From the NCBI GenBank assembly GCA_963812135.1, contig CAWETU010000005.1:32001-96000 (forward strand): DNA of 64,000 nt, written 5' to 3'. Source of the DNA: Vulcanimicrobiota bacterium (GTDB lineage Bacteria; Vulcanimicrobiota; Vulcanimicrobiia; Eremiobacterales; Eremiobacteraceae). Each line of letters begins with the position of its first letter. The first letter of the stretch is position 1. A model generated the notes under the pieces. That model did not search any database and had not been told where the DNA came from. It was given only the letters and a program-made list of their open reading frames with translations. Positions 55,171 through 64,000 of the stretch are shown here, piece after piece. The position numbers were made by a program, and so were the translations under genes.

Positions 55171-56494
55171 TTGGAGCTTCAGGAAGCTTTTGTCAGCGAG
55201 CTAGTAGGCCGCTCCGTCGAGCTGTGGACGGACGGCTCGAGCATGCCGATCGGCCGTGTCCAGGACCTGGTCGTCGACGGCCGCGACAATTTTCCGCCCG
55301 TCACCGGCCTGTACGTCAAGTGCCGCGACGGGGTCATACGCTTCGCGCCGTTCGACGCGGTGCGTTCGATCAGCGATCGGGCGGTGATCCTCAACCAAGC
55401 TCCCCATGACAAGAAGTACGAACGGACGGCCGATGACGAGCTGCTCCTCAATCGCGAGCTGCTCGATCGGCAGATCCTCGACGTCGACGGCCGCAAAGTC
55501 GTGCGCGTCAACGATCTCAAACTCGCGCCCACCGGAGAACATCTGCGTCTTATCGCGGTCGACGTCGGACTTGCAGGGTTGATGCGCCGGCTTGGCCTTC
55601 ACGCTCTCGGCCGAAAATGGCTCGCGCGCGCGCCGCGCCCGGGCATCCGCCAATCGCTCATCTCGTGGGATGCGGTCGCGCCGCTGACCAGCGTGGCGCC
55701 CGGCGATCCGGTCCGGCTTCGACTTGCCGCAGGACCGCATCGAGCGCATCCACCCGGCAGATCTCGCAGCCATTATCGAAGACCTCAATGCGAGCGACCA
55801 AGCCTCGCTGCTCAGCTCGCTGCCGGAGGATACCGCGGCCGAAGCGCTCGAGCAGCTCGACGTCGACACGCAGCTCTCCATCCTCGAAGACATGCGCCCG
55901 GAGCGCGCCGCCGACCTCATCGAGAACATGAGCAGCGACGACGCGGCCGATCTGCTCGGCGAATTCGATCCCGAGACGCAACAGCAATTGCTGGGACTCA
56001 TGGAGCCCAAAGAGGCCGAAGACGTGCGCGAGCTGTTGACGCACGACGAAGACACCGCCGGCGGCATCATGACGACCGAGTATCTTTCGGTGCCGCTCGG
56101 GCTGACGGTCGCGCAGACCTTCGAACACCTCCGCGCCGCGGCCGAAGACGCGGAGCTCGTCTACTACGTCTACGTGCTCAACGAGCACGAGCATATCTTA
56201 GGAGTGCTGTCGTTGCGCGATCTGCTCTCCTCGCCGCCCGAGTCGCCCATCGCACGGATCATGAACACCGATGTGGTCACGGTGCCGGTCAACGCGACGC
56301 GCGAAGAGGTCGCGACCATGATCGCCCGTTACGATTTCGTCGCGGTGCCGGTCGTCGACGATGCGGGCATCATGCGCGGCATCATCACGGTGGACGACGT
56401 GATCGACGTCCTGTTGCCGGAGCGCCTGCGCAAGATGATCCCGCGCGTCGGTAAACGCTCGCGGCATCAACACACGTCCGAACGCAGCGGCTGA
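55171..56494 (+). CDS. PRC-barrel + MgtE N-terminal + CBS-pair protein with no TM domain (frameshift near 55725)
   Basis: LDRQILDVDGRKVVRVND, HPADLA, DTAGGIMT, YYVYV and GIITVDD. Confidence 0.85.
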
Positions 56495-56499
56495 AACCC

Positions 56500-57693
56500 A
56501 TGACGGCAGACCAACTGGCGGAGCTGTCCGAGCGCACCGCGAGCATCGTCGCCGGCGGCGGCGGACTCAAAGCGCTCGCGCAAGCGCTCGCCGACGCCAC
56601 GCGCGGCGCGGTGCTGATCGAAGACGACCAGTGGCGCCACCTCGCGCTCGCGCAGTCAAAAGGCTCAGGCACGGTGCCGCCGTCGTTCGCGCAGTGGTAC
56701 AAGCCGTCAAAGAGCGGCAACGGCGTGATCGAACCCGCTACGAAAATCGCGGGGCTCCATCCGATCTGCGCACCGATGGCCGCCGCCGGCAACGGCGAAG
56801 GTCCGGCGGGATATGTCACGCTATTCTTGCGCGCCAAACCGTCGGCATTGACTGCGGCGGCGCTGCGCGTCGTGACGAGCGCAGCCGGCATCGAGCTCAG
56901 CCGGCGCGGCGCGGGTAGATCGCAAGCGCGCCGTGCGTTCTGGGAGCGCTACCTCGCGGGCGAGTGGACCGATCCCGCCGTTCTCAAAGAAGATGCGACC
57001 GCCGCCGGTCTCGCGCTGCCCGCCTCGTTCTTGGGCGCGGTCTTCGACGTCGAGGGCGCGTTGCCGAACGCGGCGCGCGACGCGGTCGCGCTCGCCATCA
57101 GCCCGGCCGACGGCATCTGTCCGGTCGTACCCTCTTCGGGCTCGGTGATCGCGCTTTTCCCCATGCGCCACGCAGCAGACGTGGCGCGCGCGCGCCAAGC
57201 GGCGACCAATGCGGTGCGCGACGTCCCTGCGCAGGCGACCGCCCGCTCGGTGACCTGCGGGCTTGGCGCGTACCATGCCGACATCATCGAATGCCCGCAG
57301 TCGGTGGAGGAAGGCCGGCGCGCGCTCGCGCTCGGACGCCGGCTGTATGGTCGCGGATCGGTCACACAGTACGCCGACCTCGGCGTCTATGCGTTGCTGC
57401 ACGCCGGCGGCGGGCGCGAATCGTTCCTCGGTTTCGCGGAGGCGCAGCTCGCGCCACTGCACGCGTACGATCGCAAGCACAAGACCGATCTGCTCAAGAC
57501 GCTGCGCCTGTACTTCGACATCGGCGAGAACGTCAAAGAGGCCGCCGAGCGGCTCTCCGTCCACCGCCACACGATCTTCTACCGGCTCAACCAGATCTCG
57601 CAGATCCTCAAAGTGGACCTGCACGCGCCCAAAGATCAGCTCTCGCTGCGCGCGGCGCTCGCCATCTGGCAGATGGAGCACGAATCCGAATGA
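56500..57693 (+). CDS. PucR/CdaR-family transcriptional regulator
   Basis: YADLGVYALL, LAPLHAYD, LLKTLRLYF and HTH AAERLSVHRHTIFYRL. Confidence 0.92.
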   Translation: MTADQLAELSERTASIVAGGGGLKALAQALADATRGAVLIEDDQWRHLALAQSKGSGTVPPSFAQWYKPSKSGNGVIEPATKIAGLHPICAPMAAAGNGEGPAGYVTLFLRAKPSALTAAALRVVTSAAGIELSRRGAGRSQARRAFWERYLAGEWTDPAVLKEDATAAGLALPASFLGAVFDVEGALPNAARDAVALAISPADGICPVVPSSGSVIALFPMRHAADVARARQAATNAVRDVPAQATARSVTCGLGAYHADIIECPQSVEEGRRALALGRRLYGRGSVTQYADLGVYALLHAGGGRESFLGFAEAQLAPLHAYDRKHKTDLLKTLRLYFDIGENVKEAAERLSVHRHTIFYRLNQISQILKVDLHAPKDQLSLRAALAIWQMEHESE

Positions 57694-59006
57694 GCAAGAA
57701 AGACGTCGTGCGCCGCGCCAAAGAGTTGGGCATCGCGTTCGTGCGGCTGCAGTTCGCCGACATCCACGGCGTGACCAAGAACGTCGCCATCCCGGTGCGC
57801 GAGCTCGAGCTCGCGCTCGACGGCAAGATCGTGTTCGACGGATCGTGCATCGAAGGGTTCGTGCGCCACGAAGAATCAGACATGTGCTTGGCGCCCGACC
57901 CAGCGACGTTCGCCGTGCTGCCCGGCGCGCAGGGCGCGCCGCTCGAAGCTCGGCTCATGTGCGACGTGCGCAACCCAGACGGCTCGCCGTTCGAGGGCTG
58001 CACGCGCAGCGCGCTGCGGCGCGTCGTCGACGAAGCGGCCGAGATGGGCTTTGGCGCGCATGCGAGCGCCGAGCTCGAATTCTTCCTCTTTGAGCCGAAC
58101 GCGGCAGGCCAGCCGACGACGATCACCAGCGATCGCGGCTCGTACTTCGACCTCGGCCCGATCGATCGCGGCGACGTCGCACGCCGCGACGTCAGCCTCG
58201 TGCTTGAAGAGATGGGAATCCGCGTCGACGCGACTCATCACGAGGTATCGCACGGCCAGCACGAGATTGACCTTGCGTACACCGACGCGCTCTCGCTGGC
58301 GGACGCCATCGCGACCGCACGCGTCGTCGTCAAGACGGTGGCGGCGCGCCATGGGTTGCATGCGACCTTCATGCCCAAGCCGCTGCTCAACCAGGACGGC
58401 AGCGGCCTGCACCTCGCGCAATATCTCACGCGCGACGATGCCAATGCGTTTTACGATGCCGATGACCCGTTGCACTTGAGCGAGACCGGTCTTGGGTTTG
58501 TCGGCGGCCTGCTCGCGCACGCGCGCGGCTTCACCGCCATCACGAATCCGACGGTCAACTCGTACAAGCGGCTGGTGCCCGGCTACGACGCGCCTTCGTA
58601 CGTCCAGTGGTCGCAACGCGCCAAGAGCTCGCTCGTCCGCGTCCCGTTCGAACGCGATCGCGTCCGCATCGAACTGCGCTCGCCCGATCCGTCGTGCAAT
58701 CCGTATCTCGCGCTGGCGTGCATCCTGAAAGCCGGACTCGACGGTGTGCGCCGCAAGCTCGTGCCGGGCGATCCAATCGAAGCGAGCCTGGCGCAGCTCA
58801 GCGATGACGAGCGCGCCGCCTTGGGGGTCGAACAACTGCCGGCATCTCTCCAAGAGGCGGTTGGGTCCCTCGACGAGGACGCCCTTATGCGTTCCACGCT
58901 CGGCGATCACACGTATCACCGTTTTCGAGAAGCGAAACTCGCCGAGTGGGAGTCCTACCGGACGCAGGTGCACCCCTGGGAATTGGACGCATACTTACGC
59001 CTGTGA
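57690..59006 (+). CDS. Glutamine synthetase type I-alpha family protein (possibly a gamma-glutamyl-amine ligase)
   Basis: FDGSCIEGF, EESDM, ELEFF, HHEVSHGQHEI, ATFMPKP, GSGLH, NSYKRL and RIELR. Confidence 0.9.
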   Translation: MSKKDVVRRAKELGIAFVRLQFADIHGVTKNVAIPVRELELALDGKIVFDGSCIEGFVRHEESDMCLAPDPATFAVLPGAQGAPLEARLMCDVRNPDGSPFEGCTRSALRRVVDEAAEMGFGAHASAELEFFLFEPNAAGQPTTITSDRGSYFDLGPIDRGDVARRDVSLVLEEMGIRVDATHHEVSHGQHEIDLAYTDALSLADAIATARVVVKTVAARHGLHATFMPKPLLNQDGSGLHLAQYLTRDDANAFYDADDPLHLSETGLGFVGGLLAHARGFTAITNPTVNSYKRLVPGYDAPSYVQWSQRAKSSLVRVPFERDRVRIELRSPDPSCNPYLALACILKAGLDGVRRKLVPGDPIEASLAQLSDDERAALGVEQLPASLQEAVGSLDEDALMRSTLGDHTYHRFREAKLAEWESYRTQVHPWELDAYLRL

Positions 59007-59710
59007 ACCATGCAGTCTCAGTGCTGCTCGTCGATGACGAGCCGCAGATCGTCGAAATCCTCGACCGTTATCTGTCTGACGAAGGTTTCGTCGTCCACAA
59101 GGCATATGACGGACCCGCTGCCCTACGCATCGCCGCCGCGGAAAAGCCGCAGCTCGTGCTGCTCGACCTCAAGATGCCCGGGATGAGCGGATACGACGTC
59201 TTCAAAGAGATCCGCGCGGATTCGACGGTGCCGATCATCATGCTCACGTCGCGAAGCGAAGAAGTTGACCGTGTCGTCGGGCTCGAGCTGGGCGCAGATG
59301 ACTATATCACCAAGCCGTTCAGCCCGCGCGAGGTGGTGGCGCGCATCAAGGCTGTGCTGCGCCGCACCCAAGCATCGGGGCGCGCGGCATCGACCGAACC
59401 CAGCGCCGCGATCCGCGCAGGCGACATCGAGATCGATCCTGCCGAGCACGAGGTGCGCGTTCGCGGCAGCGCGATCGCGCTGACACCGACCGAGTTTCGC
59501 ATCCTCGAACTGCTCGCGTCGAACCCTGGCCGCACGTTCACACGCACGCAGCTGCTCGATAAGATCAAAGGCGACGAGCTCGAGATCTACGATCGCACGC
59601 TTGACCGGCACGTCGCCAACCTGCGTCACAAGATCGAAGCCGAGCCAGCGAATCCGAAATATGTCCTCACGGTGTTCGGCGTCGGTTACAAGATGGCGAA
59701 GGTATCGTGA
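59003..59710 (+). CDS. OmpR/PhoB-family response regulator
   Basis: LLVDDE, LLDLKMP, GADDYITKPF, LTPTEF and TVFGVGY. Confidence 0.95.
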   Translation: MNHAVSVLLVDDEPQIVEILDRYLSDEGFVVHKAYDGPAALRIAAAEKPQLVLLDLKMPGMSGYDVFKEIRADSTVPIIMLTSRSEEVDRVVGLELGADDYITKPFSPREVVARIKAVLRRTQASGRAASTEPSAAIRAGDIEIDPAEHEVRVRGSAIALTPTEFRILELLASNPGRTFTRTQLLDKIKGDELEIYDRTLDRHVANLRHKIEAEPANPKYVLTVFGVGYKMAKVS

Positions 59711-60426
59711 GCGAGCGCGACCGCACCGGGCTCTCCGAGCTGATCCACGAGTTGCGCAATCAGCTGGCGGTGGCCAAAGCCAACCTCGAGGCCTTTATCG
59801 ACGGCAAGTTGCCGCCGACGGCGCAGCGCCTCGAGAATGTCGTGCAAACCCTCAATCAAATGGAAGAGCTCATCAAAGATCTGCGCGTTTTGCAGCCGGC
59901 GGCCGACGCCGATTCGGCAGCCACCGCTGCGACGCTGACCGAAATCAACGTCTGCCAGCTCCTGGAGCGCGAGTTCGCATCGATGGAGGCGGTCGCGCTG
60001 GAGAAAAAAATTTCGCTATCGGTGTTCCGCTGCCCGCACCCGAATGCCGCCTGCCAGCACTTCTATGGCGACCCAGGCCGCATCGGCCAAATCGTGAAAA
60101 ACGTGCTGCTCAATGCGGTGCGTTACACGCCTTCGGGCGGAACGATCAGCGTGGATTGCCGCCGCCGAGCCGATGAGCTGCAAGTGACGATCGAGGATAA
60201 TGGACCGGGCGTGAGCAGCGCAGACGCCGGCCATATCTTCGAACCAGGCTTCCGTGGCACTGCCGGCGGCGAGGCGGGCTCCGGAATCGGACTTGCCGTG
60301 GTCAAAGGTCTTGTCGAGGCCCACGGCGGGTCGATCCGCCTCAATCCAGAGTCGGTTCGGGGCGCCAGCTTCATCTTGCGCTTGCCGGGGCGGCTGCCCG
60401 AGCCAGGAGCGTCCCGAATCCCGTAA
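59707..60426 (+). CDS. Soluble histidine kinase with HisKA and HATPase only
   Basis: HELRN at the extreme N-terminus; N box NVLLNAVRY, DNGPG, IFEP and GSGIGLA. Confidence 0.9.
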   Translation: MSERDRTGLSELIHELRNQLAVAKANLEAFIDGKLPPTAQRLENVVQTLNQMEELIKDLRVLQPAADADSAATAATLTEINVCQLLEREFASMEAVALEKKISLSVFRCPHPNAACQHFYGDPGRIGQIVKNVLLNAVRYTPSGGTISVDCRRRADELQVTIEDNGPGVSSADAGHIFEPGFRGTAGGEAGSGIGLAVVKGLVEAHGGSIRLNPESVRGASFILRLPGRLPEPGASRIP

Positions 60427-60496
60427 CGTCATGTGAAGGGCGCTTCACACCCCTTTCGCTCTAGTGGCAGACGGCTGCGCTACGCTTGGCGGACGT

Positions 60497-62881
60497 ATGA
60501 GCGTCGTACTGGAGCGTGCGAGTCAGGTCCGCCTCGATCAGGTCGATCGATACTGGCGCGCGGCCAACTACCTCGGCGCGATCCAGCTCTACCTGCGAGA
60601 CAATGTGTTGCTCAGGCGGCCGCTGCGCGCCGATCACATCAAAGAGCGCCTGCTGGGCCATTGGGGCACGCAGCCGGGTTTGAACATCATCTACGCGCAC
60701 CTCAACCGGCTCGTCCAGGACACGCAGGCGCAGGTGTTGCTGGTCGTCGGCCCAGGTCATGGCGCGCCCGCGATCTACGCGAATCTGTTCCTCGACGGCA
60801 CGCTCGGCCGCGCGTATCCGCAGTTCTCGCGCAACGAAGACGGCATCCACCGGTTGGCCAAGGCGTTTTCCTGGCCGGGCGGCCTGCCGAGCCACGTCAG
60901 CGCGATGACGCCGGGCGCGCTGCACGAAGGCGGGGAGCTCGGATACAGCCTCGCGCACGCGTTCGGCGCCGCGTTCGACAATCCAGACCTGTTGGTGGCG
61001 TGCGTCGTCGGCGACGGCGAGGCGGAGACCGGTGCCCTCGCGGCTGCGTGGCAATCCAACAAGTTCCTCGATCCGGCGACCTCCGGGGCGGTCTTACCGA
61101 TCCTGCATCTCAACGGCTATAAACTGTCGGGGCCGGCGATTTTCGCCCGCATGAGCGGTCTCGAGCTGCAGCAATATTTCGTCGGCTGCGGCTACGATGC
61201 TCGGCAGGTAACGGCCACGGATCCCCACGATGCGCACCGCCAGTTGTGGGCCGCTATGAACTGGGCGTATGGACGCATCTGCACGGTGCAGGCCGATGCG
61301 CGCGCGTATCGGACGACCGGTCCGCCCGCGTGGCCCCTCATCGTCTTGCGCACGCCCAAAGGCTGGACCGGCCCGCGCGAGCTTGACGGCCATCCGATCG
61401 AGAACACGTTCCATTCGCACCAGCTGCCCATCGCCGACCCGCGCGAGAACCCGGCGCACTTGCTCGCGCTCGAGGACTGGCTTCGCAGCTATCGTCCGCA
61501 CGAGCTGTTCGACGAGCACGGTGTGCCGGCAGCTGATGTCGTGGCCGTCTGTCCGACGCCTGCGCTTTGTCTTGGCGCGAACGACTCGGCCAACGGCGGG
61601 GCCGCCGATGCGCCCCCGCTGCGCCTGCCGAAGGTCAGCGCATATGCGGTCGAGGTTCGCGAACATGGCGCCGTGCAAGCCGCGGCGACCGAGGTCCTGG
61701 GCGAGTATCTGCGCGACACGTTCCGCCTCAACGACGACGCCCGCAACTTCCGGCTCACGTCGCCCGATGAGACGATGTCGAACAAGCTCGAAGCCGTGTT
61801 CGAAGCGACGGATCGCGCGTTCATGTGGCCGCTGGTCGAAACGGACGAGATGCTTGCGCGCGACGGGCGCGTGCTCGAGATCCTCAGCGAAACGACCTGC
61901 GAAGGCTGGCTTGAGGGCTACACGCTCTCGGGGCGCCACGGCGTGTTCGCATGCTACGAAGCGTTCGCCACAATCGTCGATTCGATGGTGGCGCAGCATG
62001 CCAAATGGCTCAAGACCGCAGGCGAGATCTCATGGCGCCGACCGGTACCTTCGCTGAACATCCTTTTGACGTCGCATGCATGGCGTCAAGACCATAACGG
62101 CTACTCGCACCAGGGACCTGGGTTTATCGACAACCTCGTCAGCAAGAAGGCATCTGTGGTGCGCGTCTACCTTCCCCCTGATGCGAATTGCCTCGTCTCC
62201 GCGGCCGACCATTGCTTGCGCAGCCGCAACTACATCAACGTGATCATCGCCGCGAAGCATATGGCGCCGGTATGGCTGCCGATGGAGGAGGCCAAAGCTC
62301 ATTGCGCACGCGGAGCCTCGGCCTGGGAGTGGGCGAGCAACGATGGCGGCGCGCCCGACGTGATCCTCGCCGCGGCAGGCGATGTGCCGACCCTGGAGAC
62401 GCTCGCCGCCGTCGAGCTGCTACGCCGTCACTGCGCCGGCGTGCGCGTGCGCGTCGTCAACGTCATCGATCTGTTCTCGCTCGAGACGCGGGCGGAGCAT
62501 CCACACGGTTTAGAGGATGCGAGCTTCGAACGGCTCTTCGGAGTCACGACGCCGGTCGTCTTCGCGTTCCATGGATACCCGCGCGTGATCCACGAGCTGA
62601 TCCACCGCCGGCCGGATCCGCAGCGGTTTCACGTGCGAGGTTACATCGAGGAAGGGACGACCACGACGCCGTTCGACATGGTCGTGCGCAATCGGATGAG
62701 CCGCTATCACTTGGCGCTTGACGCGCTGGCGTACGCGAAGGCTTCGGGCGCCGACGCAGACCGCGCTGCAACGTTCTTCAATGAGCGGCTCGCCGCGCAC
62801 CGCGACTACATCATCGAACACGGCGTCGACATGCCCGAAATCACCGATTGGCGGTGGACCGATGCAGCGGCGCAGGCGTGA
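60497..62881 (+). CDS. xfp: Phosphoketolase
   Basis: LLGHWGT, GPGHG, HEGGELGY, GDGEAETG, LHLNGYK, WRQDHNGYSHQ and EEGTTTTPFD. Confidence 0.97.
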   Translation: MSVVLERASQVRLDQVDRYWRAANYLGAIQLYLRDNVLLRRPLRADHIKERLLGHWGTQPGLNIIYAHLNRLVQDTQAQVLLVVGPGHGAPAIYANLFLDGTLGRAYPQFSRNEDGIHRLAKAFSWPGGLPSHVSAMTPGALHEGGELGYSLAHAFGAAFDNPDLLVACVVGDGEAETGALAAAWQSNKFLDPATSGAVLPILHLNGYKLSGPAIFARMSGLELQQYFVGCGYDARQVTATDPHDAHRQLWAAMNWAYGRICTVQADARAYRTTGPPAWPLIVLRTPKGWTGPRELDGHPIENTFHSHQLPIADPRENPAHLLALEDWLRSYRPHELFDEHGVPAADVVAVCPTPALCLGANDSANGGAADAPPLRLPKVSAYAVEVREHGAVQAAATEVLGEYLRDTFRLNDDARNFRLTSPDETMSNKLEAVFEATDRAFMWPLVETDEMLARDGRVLEILSETTCEGWLEGYTLSGRHGVFACYEAFATIVDSMVAQHAKWLKTAGEISWRRPVPSLNILLTSHAWRQDHNGYSHQGPGFIDNLVSKKASVVRVYLPPDANCLVSAADHCLRSRNYINVIIAAKHMAPVWLPMEEAKAHCARGASAWEWASNDGGAPDVILAAAGDVPTLETLAAVELLRRHCAGVRVRVVNVIDLFSLETRAEHPHGLEDASFERLFGVTTPVVFAFHGYPRVIHELIHRRPDPQRFHVRGYIEEGTTTTPFDMVVRNRMSRYHLALDALAYAKASGADADRAATFFNERLAAHRDYIIEHGVDMPEITDWRWTDAAAQA

Positions 62882-64000
62882 AGCCAGCGCGTTAACGACC
62901 GCCTATTTGGCCTGCGATGCAGGCTCGAGCAGCTTCAAGGCCGCGTTGTTCGACATCGGCGCGCCGGTGCCGCGCGAAGCGCAAGCGCCGCGCTGGGAAG
63001 GCGCCGTCTCCTGGAAACGGTTGCCTGGCAATGCGGTCGTCACGTCGAGTTGGCACGGTGCGCGCGCCGACGAGCTTCAGGCGTCGTTGCACGTGGCTTC
63101 CGAAGCGCCGGCTCGCTTGCTCCACGGATTGCAGACGAGCGCGGGCGCAGACCAGCCGTTCGCGCAACACGTCGTGCACCGGATCGTCCACGCAGGCCAA
63201 CTCGAGCGCTCGCCCGCACGCGTCACGGCCGCCGTGCGCCGCGCGATCGACTCGGCGACGCCGCTCGCACCCGAGCACAACGCCGTCGCGCTGGCCGGCA
63301 TCGAGGCGGTGGACAACGTCTTGCCAGGCGTGGAGCAATACATCATCAGCGACTCTGCCTATCACGCCGACATGCCGCTCGCCGCGTCGACATACGCGGT
63401 CCCGGCGTCGTGGCAAAAAGTGTGGGGCATCCGCCGCCTCGGGTTCCACGGCGTGAGCCACAGCTATGCGGCGCAGCGCGCCGCGCAGATCGCCGGCCTG
63501 CCGCTGCGCTCTCTGAAGATCGTCACGTGCCACCTCGGCAACGGTTGTTCGCTTGCCGCGACATCGGCGGGAAGCAGCATCGACACGACGATGGGCTGGA
63601 CGCCGATGGAGGGCCTTGCGATGGGTCAGCGTTCGGGCAGCCTCGACCCCGGCATCATGCTCTATCTCATGGAACGTGGCCGCTACACCGCCTCAGAGCT
63701 GCGAAGGGTGCTCAATGAGGAATCGGGCCTCAAGGGGATCTCCGGCCTCTCCGGCGACATGCGCGAACTCCTCGAGGCGGTCGAATCCGGCCACCCGCAC
63801 GCGACGCTGGCGCTCGACGTCTTCGTCCACCGGATCCGCGCAGGCATCGGCGCTATGGCCGCGAGCCTTGGCGGTCTTGATTCGCTCGTGTTCACCGGCG
63901 GCATCGGCGAGGGTTCACATGAGGTGCGCCGCGCGGTGTGCACGGGCCTTGGTTTTTTGGGAATCGAGCTCGATGAGGAACACGACGCCGCAGCGGTGGC
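62862..64000 (+). CDS. ackA: Acetate kinase (runs off the window's right edge)
   Basis: Manual translation from ATG 62862: AGSSSFK, HRIVH, PLAPEHN, GFHGVSH, CHLGNGCS, DTTMGWTPMEG and VFTGGIGE, all in one frame. Confidence 0.95.
   Translation, partial: MQRRRREASALTTAYLACDAGSSSFKAALFDIGAPVPREAQAPRWEGAVSWKRLPGNAVVTSSWHGARADELQASLHVASEAPARLLHGLQTSAGADQPFAQHVVHRIVHAGQLERSPARVTAAVRRAIDSATPLAPEHNAVALAGIEAVDNVLPGVEQYIISDSAYHADMPLAASTYAVPASWQKVWGIRRLGFHGVSHSYAAQRAAQIAGLPLRSLKIVTCHLGNGCSLAATSAGSSIDTTMGWTPMEGLAMGQRSGSLDPGIMLYLMERGRYTASELRRVLNEESGLKGISGLSGDMRELLEAVESGHPHATLALDVFVHRIRAGIGAMAASLGGLDSLVFTGGIGEGSHEVRRAVCTGLGFLGIELDEEHDAAAV

Overview
A GC-rich (roughly 65% by eye) bacterial core-genome segment with about 57 genes, one tRNA-Ser(UGA) and a TPP riboswitch. 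I found no prophage, IS or CRISPR. Terrabacteria-type features (G5/3D gene next to rsmA, tilS-ftsH, a Gram-positive-type LexA box) occur together with outer-membrane machinery (TonB-dependent receptor, BON lipoprotein), which suggests a diderm Terrabacterium such as Ca. Eremiobacterota/Vulcanimicrobiota; this is an inference. At least ten genes, including essential serS, are split by indels, so most frameshifts are probably long-read assembly errors. Content: rho (5' part), mpg, pilin-like genes and pilT, TBDR plus lipoprotein, several GT4 glycosyltransferases, an Mre11/SbcD plus YhaN-like pair, a long minus-strand cluster from moeA through smpB, tilS and ftsH to a rhomboid, serS, aceB, thiC, moaA, Rieske plus cytochrome b-c fusion, gluconate dehydrogenase, yqeC-mocA, a PucR/GlnA-like/two-component cluster, and xfp-ackA. 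The most notable observations are: (1) an apparently catalytically dead RNase H-fold gene with a perfect LexA box inside a leaderless sigma70 promoter, a candidate new SOS gene; (2) a family of GTAG-type REP palindromes, with an inverted set bracketing the SPFH gene; (3) a Rho N-terminal tail of 29 contiguous (D/E)-R-X repeats; (4) a zinc-ribbon-capped, non-cleavable paralogue of a neighbouring pilin; (5) two exported M16-fold proteins that both lack HxxEH; (6) single-arginine Tat-like signals.
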